From Promethearchaeota archaeon (lineage in GTDB: Archaea > Asgardarchaeota > Lokiarchaeia > Sigyniarchaeales > SOKP01), in NCBI GenBank assembly GCA_016840085.1, contig JAEOTA010000081.1:128001-192000 (forward strand): 64,000 nucleotides of DNA, in the 5' to 3' direction. The notes under the pieces are model-generated. The model worked only from the letters and a program-made list of their open reading frames with translations, had not been told where the DNA came from and did not search any database. Positions 61,544-64,000 of this stretch are shown here, piece after piece (the stretch's first letter is position 1; each line of letters starts with the position of its first letter). The position numbers and the translations under genes were made by a program.

Positions 61544-63196
61544 ATGGATACACAAAGAATATTAAAAGAAGCCCAAAAACTCGCTGCAAGGTTTTCTTTT
61601 TGGATGGTCTCAGGAAATATCACTCACTTATATGGATATATGTATGAGACTGCTGGAAAAAAATATGAATTAGAAATAAAATTTGATGAAAATTTTCCAG
61701 ATTCTCCTCCTCAATTCTTATATCATAATGAAATTAAAGAATTACTTGGCGATTTTCAATTAGAAAAAATATCAAATTGGAGTCCTGAATTCGCCGTAGT
61801 TGAAATTGTTGAAGAACTTAAAATGAAAATTCAAGAGATATTACAATCTCCTAAAGAAGAGTTGATTTCACCAGAAACTGAGGAATATATCACTCCTGAT
61901 TTAAATGTATATCCTCCAGATGTAAAATTTGATGAATATGTTACACCTTCATATTCTGATGATGATTTTTTTTATGAGGAGCCACCAGATACTAGTTCTC
62001 AAGATATTCCAGATTTTAATTCGACTGAAAATTCTAAAATAGAGTCAAAAATTACACCGAAAGAACCAATCTTTAAGGAACCTGAATCGATGAGTATAGC
62101 TCTAAACACTGAATTAGGTTTAATTCAGCAAGAATATGCTTATGACCAAAGAAGTTCGAAAGAAGCAGATATTAATGTGTATATGACAATTACTCTAACA
62201 AAAACATTTAATATTTCAATAGATTTTGTAAATTATCCTGAAAGACCAATAATTGTTTTCCCTGAAGAGATCGGACATCTACTGGGAGATCCTTATAAGA
62301 CTTTAAACTCATTAAAGTCATGGGATTCTAAAGAACCGTTACATATTGTAGACATTTTACATGAATTAGAAAAAAAATTGCATTTCATTAAAGAGATAGA
62401 AACTCAAACTAAAAAAATTTCAGGAGAATATGAATGTGAAACTGTTTCAGATAGTTTAACCAAATTGAAGGTGCATTTATTAACATATGGTTTCAAAGAT
62501 TATACTATGGATATAGATTTAGAGTCATATCCTAAAGCTCCTATTATAAACCTATCTCCTGAATTGCAACAAATTATTCCTCTCCCACTAACAGAACTAA
62601 ACTCCCATAAAAATTGGAGAGAAGAAGAATCCGAGCCCGTTGAAATTGTTAGAGAAATATCTTGGTTAGTTGATAAATTTTCAAGAATTAACTTCGAAAT
62701 TGATTTATTGAAAGACCATTATAAGAATATGAAATACGATACCGAGACTTCAACGTTAAATGTGGATATGAAAGGTAAAATGAAGACTCAAGATCTCACT
62801 TTTGAATTTCAAATTAATTTACCTTTAGAATATCCTATGAAGATGCCTGAAATAAAAGTTGTAAATGAATTTGAATTAGAGGCACATGAAAAAATTAAAG
62901 AAGATTTACACACATCTTTTGATGATTTCTTTGATGAATGGACGCCTTTTAGCTATCTCATTGACTTATTTAATTTGATTTCAAAGAAAATTTTTGAAGT
63001 ATCAGTTGTCTCATGTGTAATATGCCATAAAATAGAATGTCCAAGTTGTACAAAAAAAATTGGTGGTGATGATAGTTGCCATGCGGAGTGTCCTTACTGC
63101 GAAAAACAATATCATCTTCACTGTTGGCAGCAAACTATTAAATCTTTTGGCAAATGTGGCTTTTGCCTTAAAGCTCCTCCTCCAAGTATGATGTAA
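61544..63196 (+). CDS. Four UBC-like (UEV/RWD) repeats plus C-terminal C4HC3 RING-type zinc finger, putative ubiquitin E3 ligase
   Basis: RILKE N-terminal helix. FPDSPP, YPERP, YPKAP and YPMKMP are each followed by a W-containing helix cap. C-terminal CxxC...CxxC-x4-HxxCW...GKCxxC. Confidence 0.75.
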   Translation: MDTQRILKEAQKLAARFSFWMVSGNITHLYGYMYETAGKKYELEIKFDENFPDSPPQFLYHNEIKELLGDFQLEKISNWSPEFAVVEIVEELKMKIQEILQSPKEELISPETEEYITPDLNVYPPDVKFDEYVTPSYSDDDFFYEEPPDTSSQDIPDFNSTENSKIESKITPKEPIFKEPESMSIALNTELGLIQQEYAYDQRSSKEADINVYMTITLTKTFNISIDFVNYPERPIIVFPEEIGHLLGDPYKTLNSLKSWDSKEPLHIVDILHELEKKLHFIKEIETQTKKISGEYECETVSDSLTKLKVHLLTYGFKDYTMDIDLESYPKAPIINLSPELQQIIPLPLTELNSHKNWREEESEPVEIVREISWLVDKFSRINFEIDLLKDHYKNMKYDTETSTLNVDMKGKMKTQDLTFEFQINLPLEYPMKMPEIKVVNEFELEAHEKIKEDLHTSFDDFFDEWTPFSYLIDLFNLISKKIFEVSVVSCVICHKIECPSCTKKIGGDDSCHAECPYCEKQYHLHCWQQTIKSFGKCGFCLKAPPPSMM

Positions 63197-63604
63197 TTGT
63201 AAGATTAAGGAAGTAAATTTTGATTTTTTGCATAAAATTTTTGATAAATAAAAAAGACTTAATTAGAATATTAATTTTAAAAGTTAGTCCTAGAATTCTT
63301 AAAAAATTCGAATATGTCATTCTACTATTAAGAAAAGGTATTTCTAAATGAATTTTTTATAATTTTAAAAATAATTTAAACAATGTTCAGATTTAAAAAT
63401 ATTGCAATCTTTAGAAATAGATTTTGTTCAAGTGTTTTCTGTCCTATTTTGATGCCAAAATACGGAAAGGGACTCTCTATTAAGAGATTTTATATAATTT
63501 TTAAATTGAAAATTTAGTTATGTAAGTTCTTAGATGAATTAATTAAATTTTTTTAATATGCTCCTCTTATTATAAACAATCAAATATGGAACTAGATGAT
63601 TTTC

Positions 63605-64000
63605 ATGGAATTATTAGATAAAAAGTTGCTTCTGAATGAATTAGAAGAAAAAATATTGACTTATTGGGAAGAGAAAGATATTTATTCATTGATAAGAAAG
63701 AAAGAAGAGGGAAAGGAAGTATGGCGCTTTATCGATGGTCCTCCCTACACTACAGGATTAATCCATCTTGGAACTGCATGGAATAAGATTCTTAAAGATT
63801 ATTTAATAAAATACAAAAGAATGAGAGGGTTCAAAGTAACGGATACTCCCGGCTATGATACGCATGGATTACCAATTGAGGTTCAGATGGAAAAAGAACT
63901 GGGTATAACAAATAAACAAGAGATTTACGAATATGGCGTAGATAAATTCATTAAAAATTGTAAAGATTATGCCCAGAAAAATTTGAAAATTATGAATGAT
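63605..64000 (+). CDS. ileS: Isoleucine--tRNA ligase (3'-partial)
   Basis: My translation gives MELLDKK..FIDGPPYTTGLIHLGTAWNKILKD..PGYDTHGLPIEV (HIGH-type motif, archaeal-like). Alternative ATG at 63596. Confidence 0.93.
   Translation, partial: MELLDKKLLLNELEEKILTYWEEKDIYSLIRKKEEGKEVWRFIDGPPYTTGLIHLGTAWNKILKDYLIKYKRMRGFKVTDTPGYDTHGLPIEVQMEKELGITNKQEIYEYGVDKFIKNCKDYAQKNLKIMND

Noticed and set aside
61544-63196. Active E2 ubiquitin-conjugating enzyme
   Set aside because: No HPN motif or catalytic Cys in any repeat.
63435-63487. SECIS or T-box element
   Set aside because: No UGA-containing selenoprotein frame upstream and no recognisable SECIS core or T-box motif.
1-64000. CRISPR array, tRNA/rRNA, IS element, integrase, reverse transcriptase/DGR
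   Set aside because: No regularly spaced repeats, GC-rich structural RNA blocks or mobility-enzyme motifs were seen. Differences between repeat pairs are not adenine-specific.

Overview
Very AT-rich archaeal DNA, most consistent with an Asgard (Lokiarchaeia-like) genome. That placement is an inference from the archaeal-type IleRS, the ubiquitin-system UBC-like/RING protein, the beta-helix surface protein and TATA-type promoters. Bases 1-61288 form one large surface-glycosylation island. It holds a pseudaminic/legionaminic-type nonulosonic acid pathway with many tailoring enzymes (5.7-20.5 kb), an ABC-2 exporter, five multi-pass GT-C-like membrane proteins (two are tandem paralogues, one is GC-rich and looks foreign), several GT4/GT2 glycosyltransferases, flippases, a WbpB/E/D-type diacetamido-uronic acid set whose acetyltransferase is fused to a GT2, and rmlACBD. 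The spaces between genes are filled with about 15 spliced-together gene remnants, several paralogous to intact genes in the same window, and I found no transposase or integrase. The island ends at a gene for a 550-aa protein with four tandem Cys-less UBC/RWD-like repeats and a C-terminal C4HC3 RING (FANCL-like architecture), followed by the 5' part of ileS. No rRNA, tRNA, CRISPR array or IS element was recognised. All family calls come from motif reading, not database searches.
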